DNA of 64,000 nucleotides from Hyphochytrium catenoides (GCA_900088475.1 FLMG01000540.1:124001-188000); one strand, 5' to 3'. Positions 1 through 13,809 are shown, counted from the first letter of the stretch. Notes: a model not told the origin generated them from the letters alone. Numbers and translations are program-made.

Positions 1-838
1 AGAGAAATCAAGGAGCTGACAGCAAAGCTCGAAGCCCTTGCGCATGAGTCCAGGAATGTCTCTGCACATGCGCGCCAGGAGGTAGCCAACTTTTCCTTTA
101 TGGCAATTAAGCGCGCTTTCTTTTTTGCCTTGATTTGGTTTTTGTTTGCAGTTTTGGGTCCTTTGCCCACGCTTATTACGCAGAGTTTCTCACCAAGTGC
201 TTTTCCAGGCGGATGCCTCATTTCTTACTCTTCAGAAGCAATGTGCTTCAAAGGATTTAGATCTTGAAGCCTTGAAGGAGATGGTAAAGCTCAAGAACCG
301 GGAGCTGCGAAATGTTAGGACTCTGGCTCAAGCTATTCTTGATCAGCGAACCGAGATAGAAGAGTTTCTCATTCAATGTTTAGATGATGTCAGACAAGCC
401 AAGGCAACAGGGGTCGGACTCAATCTGGACAGTGAATTGCCGGTTAGATCCTTGCACGCTTCTGCATTCTTCCCGATCCTTTTGAGATCATGCCTGCTTG
501 TCGTATTACCCTTGAAGGTCGTTTCATTCGTTGGCTGACCCTTCTCCTTATTGCTCACTTCCTTTCCGCCATCACGGTTATCTTTTCGCTTGGCGGGTCA
601 CATTCGCAAACTTCCCTCTGAATAGGAGAGCGACTCATCTCGCTTCCCACAAATCCGGTCCCCCGTTCAAGGCACGAGCCAGGGGCTTAACGATGACAGA
701 GATGCAGAAAAGCATAGAGTCAGGCTTCAAGATCTCTCCTGGACTGACAAGGAAAAAGTGCTCCGATTGCTGTTTGCCCGGATCAATGGAGCAATCTCTA
801 GACGAATCCAAACGGATGTTGCGACTAGTCGGACATGA
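1..838 (+). CDS. BBOF1: Basal body orientation factor 1 (CCDC176)-like coiled-coil protein, 3' part, spliced, 5' end outside the window
   Basis: An exon encodes LKNRELRNVRTLAQAILDQRTEIEEFLIQCLDDVRQ. The last exon (~728-838) encodes QDLSWTDKEKVLRLLFARING, matching the BBOF1 C-terminal motif DLTWEQKEKVLRLLFAKMN. Stop TGA at 836-838. Confidence 0.85.
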
Positions 839-977
839 GGGACGCTATCTTTCCCTCTTCCTCTTCGCGTCCTACGCTTTCCCTTATCCTCTCGCTGAGG
901 CCCCCACCTCTTCTAACTCGCTGCGCTCAAGGATTAGAAGACGTATAATAATTTACTATTTATATATGCTGAAGACG

Positions 978-2932
978 TTAGAGAGGGGTATAGCTCGTCT
1001 TGGGCTCAAAGACAAAAGCTCTTCGCGGTTCGTAGGACGAGCCACTGCTCCCAATTGTACTCTGACTTAGAAGCGCAGCTTGAGGGGAATAGTCTTGTCC
1101 TTTCTCTTGAGAGTAGGGAGGAGAAGGAGGTCCTCCGCCATCATCTGAATCATAACGCAACGGATCATCGAACAATCCGCCGCCGTGGGTCCACCTACAA
1201 AAGCGGTTATTGTCAGTCTCTGGAGGCTCCGAGCGTAGCATAAGCAGGAGACTGGAAGTTACAGATAGCGACGTCGGCAATGTCAAGAAGAGTGGGATAC
1301 AATGGCAAGTGGAGGCTGCTAAGGCGATTTCATTCTTTACCTTGGCTGGTCAGGGTTAGCCCGGCCGCTTCTGTAGCCCAACGAATCCTTCTGGTTGTAT
1401 CCCGTGGTGCCCTCGGCCGCTGATGTTCGATGAGAGTTAATCACCTCGAAGAGTCCATAGTTCGGCAACCGCGTAGTCCCCGTAAGGGAAAGGCGCCTGC
1501 TATGGGCTAAGAAGAGGTAGTTGAGTTAGCCTCACCTATAGTCAGCTCAACAAGGGCTCTGACCACGAGAATAATGTTCCCCTCTGTAACTCACCTCCAA
1601 CACCACCACTCTTGGAGGTTATCATAAGGAGCAGCAATAAGGTGGGAAACACCTCCCAGAAGACGTTGACGAAGAAGTCATATACCGTCACATCCTTGTC
1701 AGAGGTTAGCTGGATAAGGGGTACCAGCCACCATTGGAGCCCGCTGCCCAGGTCATAAATGGACCGCGAGACAAAGAGACCGCAAAGAAAGGAGTTCAGT
1801 ATTCCCAGAGTCTGGACGGTTAGGGCGAAGCAGCAGAGTGGATTGAGGTCAGCCATGATGTAGCACATAGAGCCCACGTACTCTAGCGGGAAGGACTAGG
1901 GTCTATCCTAGTTAGGTCCTCTTTCTAATGTCATGCTTCTATCTCTATGACGCCTCTCTCAGGTTAGCTTCCGCTCTCATTGACTCTCCAAGTAAAGCTG
2001 AAAATCAAACCTACCCGAGGATTGGTTATGAGCATCCGCCTCTGCTGCCAGATCTCAAGCTGATTAACCGGCAGACATAACAGTTAGATGCTTAGAGAGG
2101 CCAGGCAACTTATCACAACAGGCCAACGCAAAAGCTATTCAAGGTCCCCCATCTCACCTGAGACATGAGGTAGCCAAAGTAGCCAAAGAGAAAGCCTAGC
2201 GTTCCAAAAGATATGGCGGAGTATAATCGCTGTACAGACTGATTCGCCACCTTGACGTAGTACTGGTCCACCATGCTCTCAGCATTCACCAACTGGTTGT
2301 AGGAGAGGAATGCCCAGATCACGGTGAAGCATGTCATAGCAAGGGTGACCAGGAAGTACAGAGGCATGGCAATGTACCGCCAGCGGGTGCGCCAATCTCT
2401 ACCAGAGAGAACCTGAATGTAGAAGAGCACCAGAAGGGAGAAGTTTGCAAACCTACAATTGGAAGATAAGAAGTTAGAGCACGCGGAGGTAATGCCTAGA
2501 AAGTAAATGGACGACAGGGGCCCACACACTTCCGAGGAAAAAGAGGGTAAGCGAAGATTTGAAGAGGTAGAATCTGCTGGTGCACGAATCGCCCTCTAGA
2601 GACTGTTGGCAAGAGATGATTAGGACTTGTGGCATGTCAAAGAAAGTTTTTAGAAAGTAGGGAAAGAGCGCGACGGCGTATACATACTGGATGGGGCTGG
2701 GAAACCAGTAGAGCAGGTAGAAAGTGAGGGCAGACCAAGGAGCGTCTGAAAAGATGCTGAGACTCCAGAAGATTATTCTGAAGACTGTCCAGAGGAAGCA
2801 GAGGACGTAGAACCAAGTAGACCAGCTCATTAGCTTGTTCTTGTTGCGGAAAGAGCTTGCGAGCTGGAAGATTAGGAATATCAACAGTGCGCAGTTGACG
2901 GTGAAGAGCGAGATTTTGAAGGGAATAGCCAT
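978..2932 (-). CDS. GPR137/TM7SF1-like (THH1/TOM1-type) seven-transmembrane protein, multi-exon
   Basis: Hydrophobic exons include MAIPFKISLFTVNCALL...WTVFRIIFW...LYWFPSPIQ|FANFSLLVLFY...SRSIYDL...FWEVFPTLLLL. The tail LFDDPLRYDSDD matches the GPR137 motif FDNPRRYDSDD. ATG at 2932, stop at 978. Confidence 0.8.
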
Positions 2933-3646
2933 CTCTCTCCTTCTTAGCGTTCTCCTTGCTGCCTCTTCTCGTCGTGTCTCAACTCCTCCTCCTCCCTCCT
3001 CTGCGATCACTCCGAAGTTCCTGCTTAACTTTCGGCCTCCTGTCTTCACCTGGAGCAATGAACTCAAAGCTGAAGGTGACGACGAGCACAGCTTTTAAGG
3101 CATGATAGGCCTCGAGAGGGTAACCTCCTTATGCGACGACGCTCCACCTCTCACTGCTGTCTAGGACGCAAGTCCAGGATTTCCGGCGCATCGTAGAGTG
3201 GAGCATGCACCGATAACGTCACGGAGGACAAGGGAAGGAGTGAATTCTCAAGTCGACCAGTGAGTTGTAGTGCACGAGATAAGGATGTCAGCCTGGTGCA
3301 GCTAGATCACTACCACGACTGTTGACCTAGCGAGACAGTGACGGCATGCTAGCGGGGCTGATAGCCACTGCTCTGCGCCGTCAGATGTCAGATGGCGTTA
3401 CAACGCGAAGAGCCAAGAGAGAAAGAGAAGAAGGCCCTGCTGACGCCTCATCATAGGAAGGGATGTTCCCTTCGTTCTACATCCTCCCACCTTCTATTCG
3501 GTCGTGAGATATGAGGGACATGCGGAATATTATTGGGTTCTAATGGTTCTAAGGAGCAGCTTCAATCTTCGTAATGAACAGAAAGGCGGAGAACAATTGG
3601 GTGAGACTGAAGTGTTTAAGATCCGTAGGAAGTTGCGTAAGTGTGT

Positions 3647-3698
3647 GAGAGAGAGAGAGAGAAAGAGAGAAAACGAGGGAGACAGAGGGAGAGAGAGA
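3647..3698. repeat. Imperfect (GA)n microsatellite
   Basis: Visible GA-rich run in the GPR137-CCT2 intergenic region. Confidence 0.8.
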
Positions 3699-3897
3699 TG
3701 GACGAAGACGGAGGAAAGTTGTGAACAGCTGTCTGGCGATCGATAAAGCCCTTCGTCGACAGCGCTTGGGACGGTCAATGTAAGTGGTTACTGAAGGAGG
3801 ATAAGCTTTCTGTTGATGAGAGACAGTTTGCAGTTCTGTGAGCTATGAATGCCTCTTTATTCTTCGACGTTTCCTCAGCTTCTTTCCTCTATCCTCT

Positions 3898-6508
3898 TTA
3901 GCGCATTCCCGGACGGCTGGTGCGCTCTCTGGGTGCTGACTTGACGATGTCATCCACACGCAGAATCATTTCTGCTGCCTCTGCCGCGGAGTTCAGCACG
4001 CACAGTTTGCTCTTGAAGGACTCTCTGATGCCCAGAGCCTTCATATCACCGACCTTTCCTTCCATCATATCAAGTCCTGCGGTCTTGCTACCCGCGTGGT
4101 GCGCAGCACGAAGCTGACTGACCAGCTCAGAGCTGTCAAAGCCTCCATTATCGGCTATGATTGTCGGTAACTGCCGCAGAGCTCGGGCGAATGCCTGCAG
4201 GTACATAACTGTCAGAGGTGTGGCTTCTAGGTGCCCCGATAACATACTGACGCAAACGAGGCAGATGGCGAAGCAGTAGTCAAACGGGCAAAGGTTAAGA
4301 GGAGTAGGCTCCGCCTCAAACGTTCGGTACGAAGACAAGTGAGGCTGAGGAAGAGAAACCGAAGCAGCTCTCCAGAATATGCATCACCTCCATAGCAAGG
4401 GCCTTCTTGCCAGGCACACTAGGCACAGCGCGGTCGATGGCTTCAGCCATGAGCACCTCGGTACAACCTCCTCCATAGACTATCCTGGTCTCCTTCACAG
4501 TGTTAACTAGCACGCAAAGAGCATCATGTAGAGAGCGCTCTGCCTCGTCCAGCACGTGCTCACTGGCGCCCCTCAGGACAATGGTACAAGCTTCTCCTGC
4601 CTTGCATCCCGAGAAGCGGATGAGTCTGTCCTCACCAATCATAATCTCTTCAATAAGCTTGCACTCCCCTAGTTTTACCAACTCGGGGTGATCAAAGGTG
4701 GAGGTGATCTCACCTGTCCCAAGGTTGGAGAGAGATACTCAGTGAGCAAACGTAGCGGTCTCCAAGGCCGTGCCTTGTGCCTGCTATAAGGACTTACCTC
4801 CCGTCACCGCGGAAAGTCTCTCGATTCCATCGAAATCGGCATGCTCGATAGCGGCGATCCCATAATCAGCAAAAATCTAACAGACAAGAACTGGTGTAAG
4901 GAAGTAGCAGCCCTACGTGGCCGTTGTTCTCTTCTAGACTATTAGTCCCGCTTACCCCACACGCTTCCATCTTGCATGGGTCCATCTTACATGGGATGTC
5001 ACCTTTCCCTTTTATCTCTGCAGATAGCTCAGTGCACCCATCTCTCTTTAAGCCATTCTTTTTATCCCCATTACTTATGCGGGAATCAGTCCTTCCTCTC
5101 TACTTCACACGCACCTGCTCTGGGAAATTGTAGATGAGCTGTCTGTTCACGAAGCAATTGATGCCGTGGTCAATAATCTTCTGGACCTTGGCTCTCATCT
5201 TCTTCCTCTCTGCCTCCTCAATCTCAGCAACTTTGTTCATGGAGTCCACGCGGACGCGAGAGCCATAGATTTTGATCTTGTCTGCGTCCATCGCCGTGTT
5301 GGCAATCAGAATCTTAGCATTCTCAATCCTCTTGGGCTGGCCAACGCCGAACTTCTTGTCGAGAATAAACCCTTCCTCCAGATACGAGTCTCGCATCGAC
5401 CCGCCTGCCTTCTTTATGACTTGAATGTGGTCCAGGTTGCCGCTACCTTGGAGACGGAGTACAGCGTCTACTGCCAGTGCAGCTGGAAACCGAGCAAACG
5501 TAAGAGAAAGGAAGAAAAAGATGCACATGGACAGGAAGAATTAGCGACATCTAGGTTGAATGAGGGGAATGACTTCGGGATCTGGCCATACCAAAGTGGT
5601 CCTTCTCGTGTACCAAGAGCTTTGAGCTCAATGTCGTCTTTGCGATATTGAGAAGATCCTCCTTGAACTTCTCTTTGTCTTCCTGTATAACGAAGAGGCC
5701 AAAGGCATAAGAAATGAGCGACTAGCGGCTAGCAGCTAAGCCACTCAGGAGAGCGGGAAAGAAATGTTTACAGAATGATCTTCCGCCGAGTCCTGAAGGG
5801 CTTGTCTGGCAATCTTTGCGGCAATTCTCCATCCTGTCCAGATGGATATAAGAACAGCTCAGGACAAAGTCTATCCGTACCGAGAGAACCGCAGCCAAAC
5901 AGAAAAGGAGCAGCTATTTACATCTTTGGGACTAGGTGCTCTTACCTTCAATGATGGTCTGAGGGTGGACTCTCTGATCGACCAGCTTCTCAGCCTCCCT
6001 TAGAAGCTCTCCGCACAGAACTGTCACACTAGTGGTCCCGTCTCCTACTTCATCATCTTGAGTTTTGGCTATGTCGACTAGCACCCGAGCTGCAGCGTTG
6101 TCAATATTAACAGCTTTAAGGATGGTAGCCCCATCGTTTGTCACTGTGATCTTGTTATTTCTATCTCCAATCTGCAAATCGAGTGTCAGGTATAACATTC
6201 CGATAGCTCAGTTCAAGGAGGCTACACTGACCGACTGAAGGATCTTGTCCATCCCTTTAGGACCCAAGGTTGATTTGACTAGATCAGCTATGGCAATGGC
6301 TCCGACGAATGAGGTTAGCCGGGCATTCTCACCCTGCGTAGCATGTCAGTACTTGCAGGTATGATATCTAATCACACATTCCTTACCTTCTCTAACTGAG
6401 TGTTATGCTTGAAGACAGGCTGCAGCGGGGGACGAGGTAGGAAGGATAAGCATTTATAAGATCCTTCACATCAGGTGCCTATTACGGGAAAAAACCTACC
6501 AGCGCCAT
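3898..6508 (-). CDS. CCT2: T-complex protein 1 subunit beta (chaperonin CCT/TRiC), multi-exon
   Basis: Motifs [91 protein letters not shown] and [16 protein letters not shown] are diagnostic of CCT-beta. Confidence 0.97.
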
Positions 6509-7093
6509 GGTGCCAGAAGAGCTCTTCTGAAGAACTTAGTTCTTGCTATGTTGTTTAGTCCGTGGTGTACCTAACGTTTATGTCACAGGGCAAGAAAGGG
6601 CAATCACAAGCCCGACGGTTGGCTATCTCTCGGTCAATGAGTCAATGCATCTGCATCTTCGTCAGGATCAACACCAATCTGCGGATGGAAGGTGAAGCTT
6701 CGTCTTTTCCGTAAAGATTCTCAGCGTTAGCGGCTCACAAGATAATGAGCGGGTGAGGAAGGTGCGCAATCTTCCAGAGGATGGGTGGGGAGATAAATGG
6801 ACAACTCGTATAACCTAAGGCCTAGATGGGTAGGAGACACGTTCCGAAAGCTTCAATATTTCCCTCATATCCGAAAGGTTTCGGAAACTTAGGAAAGTTT
6901 CTCAATCATCGCTGCTGGTCTATGGCGGAGATTGGCTGGAGGCTCAGAAAAGTGGCTTTTTAGCCGAAAGTCGGAGATTGCAGAGATTGACTGACAGAGT
7001 TTTGAGATTTCTCTTTGCTCTTCAGACGCCTTTACTGGCCGTGGTGGGATACTCGTGATCACGTGTGGGGTTGCAGATCGCGAGGACGGAAGG

Positions 7094-8396
7094 ATGTTTA
7101 CGCTACGTTTACTTGCGCGACCCGGCTTACGGGCTTTGACGGCCAGCAGATGTATTCCTAGCGAGTGCATTGCTCCGGTTGTATCCATGCAGCATAGAAA
7201 TATTATATCAAATGCTGACTACCCAGAGGGCAAGGTCTATGTGGATATGATGTCACACTTGGTAAAGCAAAAGAAGAAAGAGAAGGGTCCAACAGCAAAT
7301 TTCCCAGAAGGTGTTGAGATTGATAAGGAGGTAGGCACCTCTTTGGCTCTCCAACATACGAACATCTTTCCCTAATGCTGTCACCCTAATGCTGTCACAG
7401 TTGTTTGACACACTGCCAGTACTTAAAGCCACCGCTAGACACAAGCTTAAAAAGTACGCTACCGCCAAGTTGCGGGAGGAAGGCCTGATGCCTGGAGTTA
7501 TTACCGGCCTTGGAGATAACGGCCGCCGGACCATACAGAATATTACCCTTAGTTTTATTGAGTTCCAGAAGCTGATGAGGAGGAGCGGCAAGTCATTGTA
7601 CGCTACACTCATCGCCCTCGAGGTGCATGGCAAGACTGAGCTGGTTCTTGTCCGAGAGATCTACTATGAACCAGGTAATGCCCGAACCGCCACCCTATTC
7701 GTCTCTCTCCACTCTCCTTCTCGAGCTACCCCTCGCATCTACTGGCATTGGCAAATGTAATGCAGTCCTTAGTGTCGCTATCGTCGCCCTCTGTCAGTCG
7801 GAAACTTATCCCATTGCTGCTCCCCTCCATAGTGCGTTTAAACCCAAACTCGGTCACGTTCGTTCGGTTTAATAGCAAGAAGCCCATTCCTATTCCTCTT
7901 GAGATCACGAATGAAGATGCATCACCAGCGATCAAGCGTGGCGGTTATATGAACTTCGTTGTCCCCAAGATAGCCTGCAAAGTTGAAGGGTTCAACATTC
8001 CAAAGACCTTGGACATCAACGTCGCGGGCAAAGAAATGAATACAAGGGTAAGCAACAGGTCGCATTGAATTCTTGAGCATGAGAGTGTTGAGGACTTGGA
8101 GCTTCCGTGACCCTCGCGTATTGATGTCGCCTCTCTGCTGTCTCTCTCGCTACCATAAAGCTCCTACCAGTCCTAGTCCTGGTGTCTCATCGCATGTCCT
8201 CTTCCAATCAAAGAGATGAACTAAGCAACGGCGTTTGTGTGTCCTTATTTTGCTCTCCATTTAGATCTATCTCAAGGATCTTGACATTCCTCCCAACGTA
8301 CATCCTCTCGAACGGTACGAGGGTAAAGTTCTTGCAAAGGTAACTGGTAGCAGACGGTTGAAAGTCCAGGAAGAACCCTCCGGCGGGGCTTCCTGA
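7094..8396 (+). CDS. Organellar (probably mitochondrial) ribosomal protein bL25, long Ctc-type form, spliced
   Basis: Arg/Leu-rich, acid-free N-terminus MFTLRLLARPGLRALTASR resembles a transit peptide. L25 motifs: AKLREEGLMPGVITG, VLVREIYYEP, SPAIKRGGYMNFV, IPKTLDINV...IYLKDLDIPPNV. Stop TGA at 8394-8396. Confidence 0.8.
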
Positions 8397-8693
8397 GAGT
8401 GAGGGGAAGACGAAAGAGAACAGACAGGATCCTTGAAGAGCGATACCATTGGAGAGGACAAGGGGATAGTGGCACTAGCCTATCTCAACCCTTCAAGTGT
8501 TTCTTCGCCTTTAGAGGAATCGTATCCTGCTTATTTAAAGCTATTATCGGACATCAATGGATGTCCTTCTGCCATGATCCGCGGCACTGTTATTGATATG
8601 GTCCATGTCACAACTTCCTTGTCAATTATTATTCAGCACAGACAAGGAGAATGAGAGATAGCACAAGCAGTGGCGGTATGATTGTGGGTCGCC

Positions 8694-11600
8694 TTATATC
8701 TCAATATCCTTCTGAACCGGCTTTCGCATGTGCCGCATCGTAGAGCCGGCTTCTTGTGGACGGAAAGGTGCCTGTGCTCCGTAAGGCTTTGGAATGCCAA
8801 GCTCGTCGCTCACATAAGCAGATGGTCTTGCCTCTGCCGTAGTTTTTACGTTGTACTTGCCAACGTAGCGATGGCTGATATGGGAAGAGGGATTCGTAGG
8901 AGACGGGGAGTTAGAACTAATAGGGATGAGATCGAGAGTATTATTGGAGATAGAACTTTTAGGACTGTTGTTACCTGTTCTCAGAAGAGATATTTGTGCC
9001 CTGTCCTCGGTGTTTCTCCCGCTGTAGGCGATGCCATTCCTGCTCGGCCTCCGCTGTCGGCACCTCACCCTGGGCCAGCTTGTCCTTTGCCTGCTGATGC
9101 TCATCCCTCACTCTATGGCACTGCTTCTCCAGCTTGACTACGATGGCCTGAACGAGGAGACAAGGGCATGGAGGGCCACGCAGCATGAAGGCATTGCACG
9201 CAGTTGGTCACATCTTGAGAATAAGCTTGCACTAAGGGCGAAGGAAGGCCTACCTGAAACATCGAGAGCTCGGAGACATGGGCCATGGTTTTTCTGTTGA
9301 TTTCCTTGATTCGTGCCTGTAGGTCATTCACCTTACGTGCTGCTTCCAGGTTGGCGTCCCTCGAGCTCTTAGCCTGAGCTTTCAGTTCCTCTATTTGGGC
9401 CGTAACCTAAGGGTGATCATCCAAAGTCGGTTATTCCAATGGGAGAGGAATACTTGCTTGGAGGGAAAGGAAACAATTCATAATCGTAGAGGAGGCGGAT
9501 CAATGAGGATCGGAAAGATATGGAGCAGGCGACAGATGGATGAGGCGTACGAGCTCTTAGTAGAGCATAAGGCGTCTGGAAGAGAGCAGGGATAACACTT
9601 GCGAGGTGAGAAGCGTAAGGGGTTATGAACTCCATTCTGCTGCAGGTGAGGGGAAGGCAGCTTATCATGAACGTGAAGAATAGTTCAGGCGTAAGTTTGA
9701 CTAAGAGATAAATAAAGCGAGAGCTGAAGTGTAGACTGTCACCTCCTCCAATATTAGCTCTTTAGCAATGAGGTGATCCTTTCTGTATGTCAACCTCTCC
9801 TCCAGCACTTGGAGCTTGCTGCTCAGCTGGAGACTGTCCGGATCTTGGCCCTAAGAGGCACAGGACAGGTACAAAACTGTGTCATGCTTGGCAACTAAGC
9901 GAAGGGATCGCGGCAAAGGCTTACCTCTAGAGTCTTCCATCGATCTGAGAGGCTGGGATTCTCAATCAAACTGCACAGACTCTCGGAGGTCTTTTGTTCT
10001 TCTTCAAGCTCCTGGAGTCATACCCCGTAAGCGCATTCCTTCCTTCCTCAATCATCAAGCTGCATAACTCTGACTGCTTCCTGCCACCTCTCAGATCTGG
10101 GGTCGAGGTCCCTCTACACATCACTCGTACCCTCTCTAACTCCATCATCTGTCTACTCCACCCTCCAGTATCAGCCTTCTTGCCTGCGGGTTTATGTCTA
10201 TCTGTGCGGACATTTTTGCCGTCTCTATGGACCTAGTTTTAGCCTCTCACCCAATGCTTCACTACTGGGACCGATGCTTCTTATAGATCAGCCTCTCTTC
10301 CATTCCATTGAGAGGACTTCTCTTATTCTTACCTTTGTCAGTTTGAGGATTTGCTCAACATACTGAGGTGCCCGAGGGATTTTCTTGCGCAAGACTTCCA
10401 GGCGTCTCTTCAACTCCATCAGCTCAGTATGCAATCTCCTGATGTCAGCCTCTCTTTCCTTGAGGAGCAGCTCACCTTCCTTTAGGCGAATTTCATAGAG
10501 ATTACTCTTCTCGTAGAGAATACAGAGCTCGTCATTGCGAGCTATAAGCTGTATGCCAATCTGGTTGCGGGCATCAACGGCCATTTCGAACTAGATGGAA
10601 GAGGGTGCGAAAGAAGAGTTAAGGATTAGCCTCATAAGCGGCCTCCAAGCCCTTTTGCTCTTCGTTGTCTTGGGTTTAACCTTGCATGTCGAGCGCCTAA
10701 TGTACCCTTTGCCCTAGTCCCATCGCTAATACTCCCTTCTTCATACGTAAGACTCTAGTTCCCGTCTTTTCTCTTCAGCCTAGACAATCTCTTACCTCTT
10801 TCTTGAGCTTCATCATGTCCTTCTCCAAATTGTTGATTATTGAGTTATGCTTGTCAATCTCCATAATCTGTTGCTCTACCAGCTCCTGCTTCTGCCGATA
10901 GCTGTCCTGGAACCGGTTCATCTCCGTTCTCAAGTAATCTCGCTTATTAACAGACAGCTGGTGAGCCAATTGCTCCTTCGTAATGAGCCTGACCTTTGAC
11001 TGGCTCTCGTTCCGTAAAATTTCTACTTCGTTCATCAGAATCTGGATCTTCTCCTTCATCTCTGCTAACACCTGTGTGCTGATCTGAAGACGACGACAGC
11101 GAGGAATAAGGGAAGTAGCTGAGATGATATTTGGAGACCAAACGAATCATAGGAAGAGGCAATAGTAGTCACTTCCCGCTCTCCCGCTCTTGCCTGAAAT
11201 AGCTACTTCCAAAAAAGGCCTGAAGTCCACCTTACCTGTATAAGATTGACATACTTGTTCCGCTCAGACTTCACGACATCGTACAGAGCTGAATACTCCT
11301 TCAAGCGATTGTTGGCATCATTGCACCTGGCGAAAAGAAAAAGCACAAGGAGCGAACAAAAGAAAATAAGTGAGAAACGCAGGGTGTCGGCTAACGGCGA
11401 AAGAGGTCACTGGGCGGTTGTGCCGGACGTGGGTTTTAACACGGATGAGGGTAGGTAACAGAGAACCCAGCTCACCTCTTTGTCAAGTCAATAACTTCGA
11501 GCTCCTTGATTTTCACCTGCTCACGAGTCTCCTGCCCGTTAAGTTGCGCTTTGGAGCACTCCCGAGCCTTGATCTCTCTCTGTAAATGGAGGATGCTGTA

Positions 11601-13809
11601 GGATACCTGCAGAAAATATACTGAATGATAGCCTTTCACACTCACCTGGGCACTCAGTGTAGCTATTAGCTTTCTCTGTTTCAGCTCCTCCGCTATCCAG
11701 AGCGCTAGCTCTTCTTCTAATGTTCTAACATCCTTAGTTAAGCGTTCCAAGCGTTCCTGGAAACAAGCAAGACGGGAGGGCGCACGCGGGTTCATGAAGA
11801 GGTGAATGAAGCTGCATTTGGGAAGATGTCTCTAGGCAAAACAAGCACCTTTTGAGCCTCCTCCAAATTTTCCTGTTTAAGAAATTTGGCGAGAAATAGG
11901 GCAATCTGCTGCTTAATTTCTTCGAGCTTAACTTTGGACAGAGCATTATCCCTCTGCAATAGCTCGAGCTGCTTCTTGGTATCAGTCACCTAACATAGTC
12001 ACAGAGCGTTACTACAGGCTTTCGACCACTGAGCCAGAGCGTCATTGAGCTCGAGGCCTGCAATATATCGGGGTTTGCGAAGGCCTAGCGTGTGTATCAT
12101 CAGACAAGCTACCTGCGCTTTGAGGTTAGGAAGGACCATCTTGGCCTGATCAACCATGATCTGTTTCCTTTTGTACGCTTTCTTCAACCTGTCGAATTCC
12201 TGGGTAGAGAATGCTTAGTCTAAAGGAAGAGCAGCGTGTGTCTCCACTCTCTTCCACCATGTTCCTTGTCAACTATTTGCTACTAAGGTCCTCTATCTTC
12301 CATTCACAAGCTTCATGGTTCATTACCTTGGTGGCATTGAGCAGGCGCTCGTTCTCGAACTTGAACAGATCACGAGCTGCCTCCTGATGAAGCTCCAGCT
12401 CAACTCTTCGTGTGATCTATTACACTTGAGAGGTCAGTCTTGCTCTAGGATAATGGCAAGGAGATCAATAGAAGGTGCGAGGTGACGACGGGCTGATGGG
12501 GTTTAGAGGGCCAGCAGTCTCCATGCCCATACCAGCTGATGGTGTTCCATCTTTTCCAGTTCCAGAGCCTTCGCTAGCTCTTCATGCTCGGCCTCCTTTT
12601 GATCAATCGTCTCTGCATTGGTGGTCACCCGATAGTTCAGCTCCTTTGCGGCTTCCTGAAGTCCATGAATTTATCAGGAAGCCATTGGGGCAAGCAGCAA
12701 CCTTATACGAAGGAAGGGAAAACTAGCTGACCTCTGCCGCTTGAGCTTTTTGTAGACTACTGGTTAAATCCAAATCTATCTCCGCAGTTCGCTCTAGGAG
12801 CCGACGCAAGTCATTCTTGGAGCTGTCTACAGCCTTTTGCACGACGTCTGCCTGCTTTCTCAGCCGCTCGGGATCACCTTTCACCTGGTTCTGATGTCAA
12901 ATGCAGGCAGATTGCGGAGTACTCTTTACTATGAGACACGCAGACCTTATTTAGATGAAGCTTTTTTTCTTCCAAAAGTTTCTCCAACTCAGCAGTCTTT
13001 GACAGTATCCCCAGTTGACGCGCTAGAAGATCCTCCCTGCGTTTGGTCTCCTCCTTCACAGGGCCAAGAATAATAAGAGTAAACGAGCGAAATATCACCA
13101 AAGGCAGAATAGCACTTGAGCCAACCTTCAAGGAAAGGTCAATCCGCTGGTCTTCTTCTTCCTGAGCTTTAATTGCGGCCTGTACTCGTTGAAATTCAGG
13201 TCCAACTATAGATTCATTCTCCTTTAGCAGTTCCTGCAGGAGTAAGTCTGCGGCGTCAGCCTCTGCCCCTACTTGCCTGTGACTCACTTCTTGAGCATCT
13301 CACCTGGTGCTGCCGCTCGTAGTCCTGCTTGGCCTTTTCAAGTTCTATGAGCTCCACCGCTAGGGTGGAATCTCTTTCATCACTCTCACGAAGATTCCTC
13401 AGCCCTAAGTTACGTTGCTACCAATCTTGTGAGGGTGCTGCCACAATCTGCATTCACAAACAACTCTGACCTGCTCTAAGGCACTCGTCTGGGCCGCGCG
13501 CTCCGACCTCGCGATACTCTCCTTTTCGGAGGTTATCTTTANNNNNNNNNNNNNNNNNNNNNNNNNNNNNNNNNNNNNNNNNNNNNNNNNNNNNNNNNNN
13601 NNNNNNNTATAGAGCTGCGAAAACTTGCTCTTATAGACCTCTATGGCAGACTTTGAGATATCCCCTGACTCGGAGAGCTGTTCCAATATTCGGAAGGCTG
13701 CCGTGTTCGTGATGGAAGGGCCAGACTTGTCTTCAGGCCCTGAAGCGTCATTTTTTCCATGGCCGTCATCCGCCACTTCACGCGGTCTCCCTAGAGGTGG
13801 AACCACCAT
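8694..13809 (-). CDS. CCDC146: Coiled-coil domain-containing protein 146 (MBO2-like axonemal protein), many exons; 5' end uncertain and interrupted by an N-gap
   Basis: [32 protein letters not shown] and [22 protein letters not shown] fit the CCDC146/CFAP58 family. The C-terminus [37 protein letters not shown] is characteristic of CCDC146. Confidence 0.9.
13542..13607. other. Assembly gap (N run)
   Basis: Run of N inside the CCDC146 5' exon region. Confidence 1.

Noticed and set aside
3920-5651. Plus-strand ORFs inside CCT2, and similar antisense ORFs over PTC7, CCDC146, WDR35 and the orphan gene
   Set aside because: They are shadow frames of real coding exons on the opposite strand.
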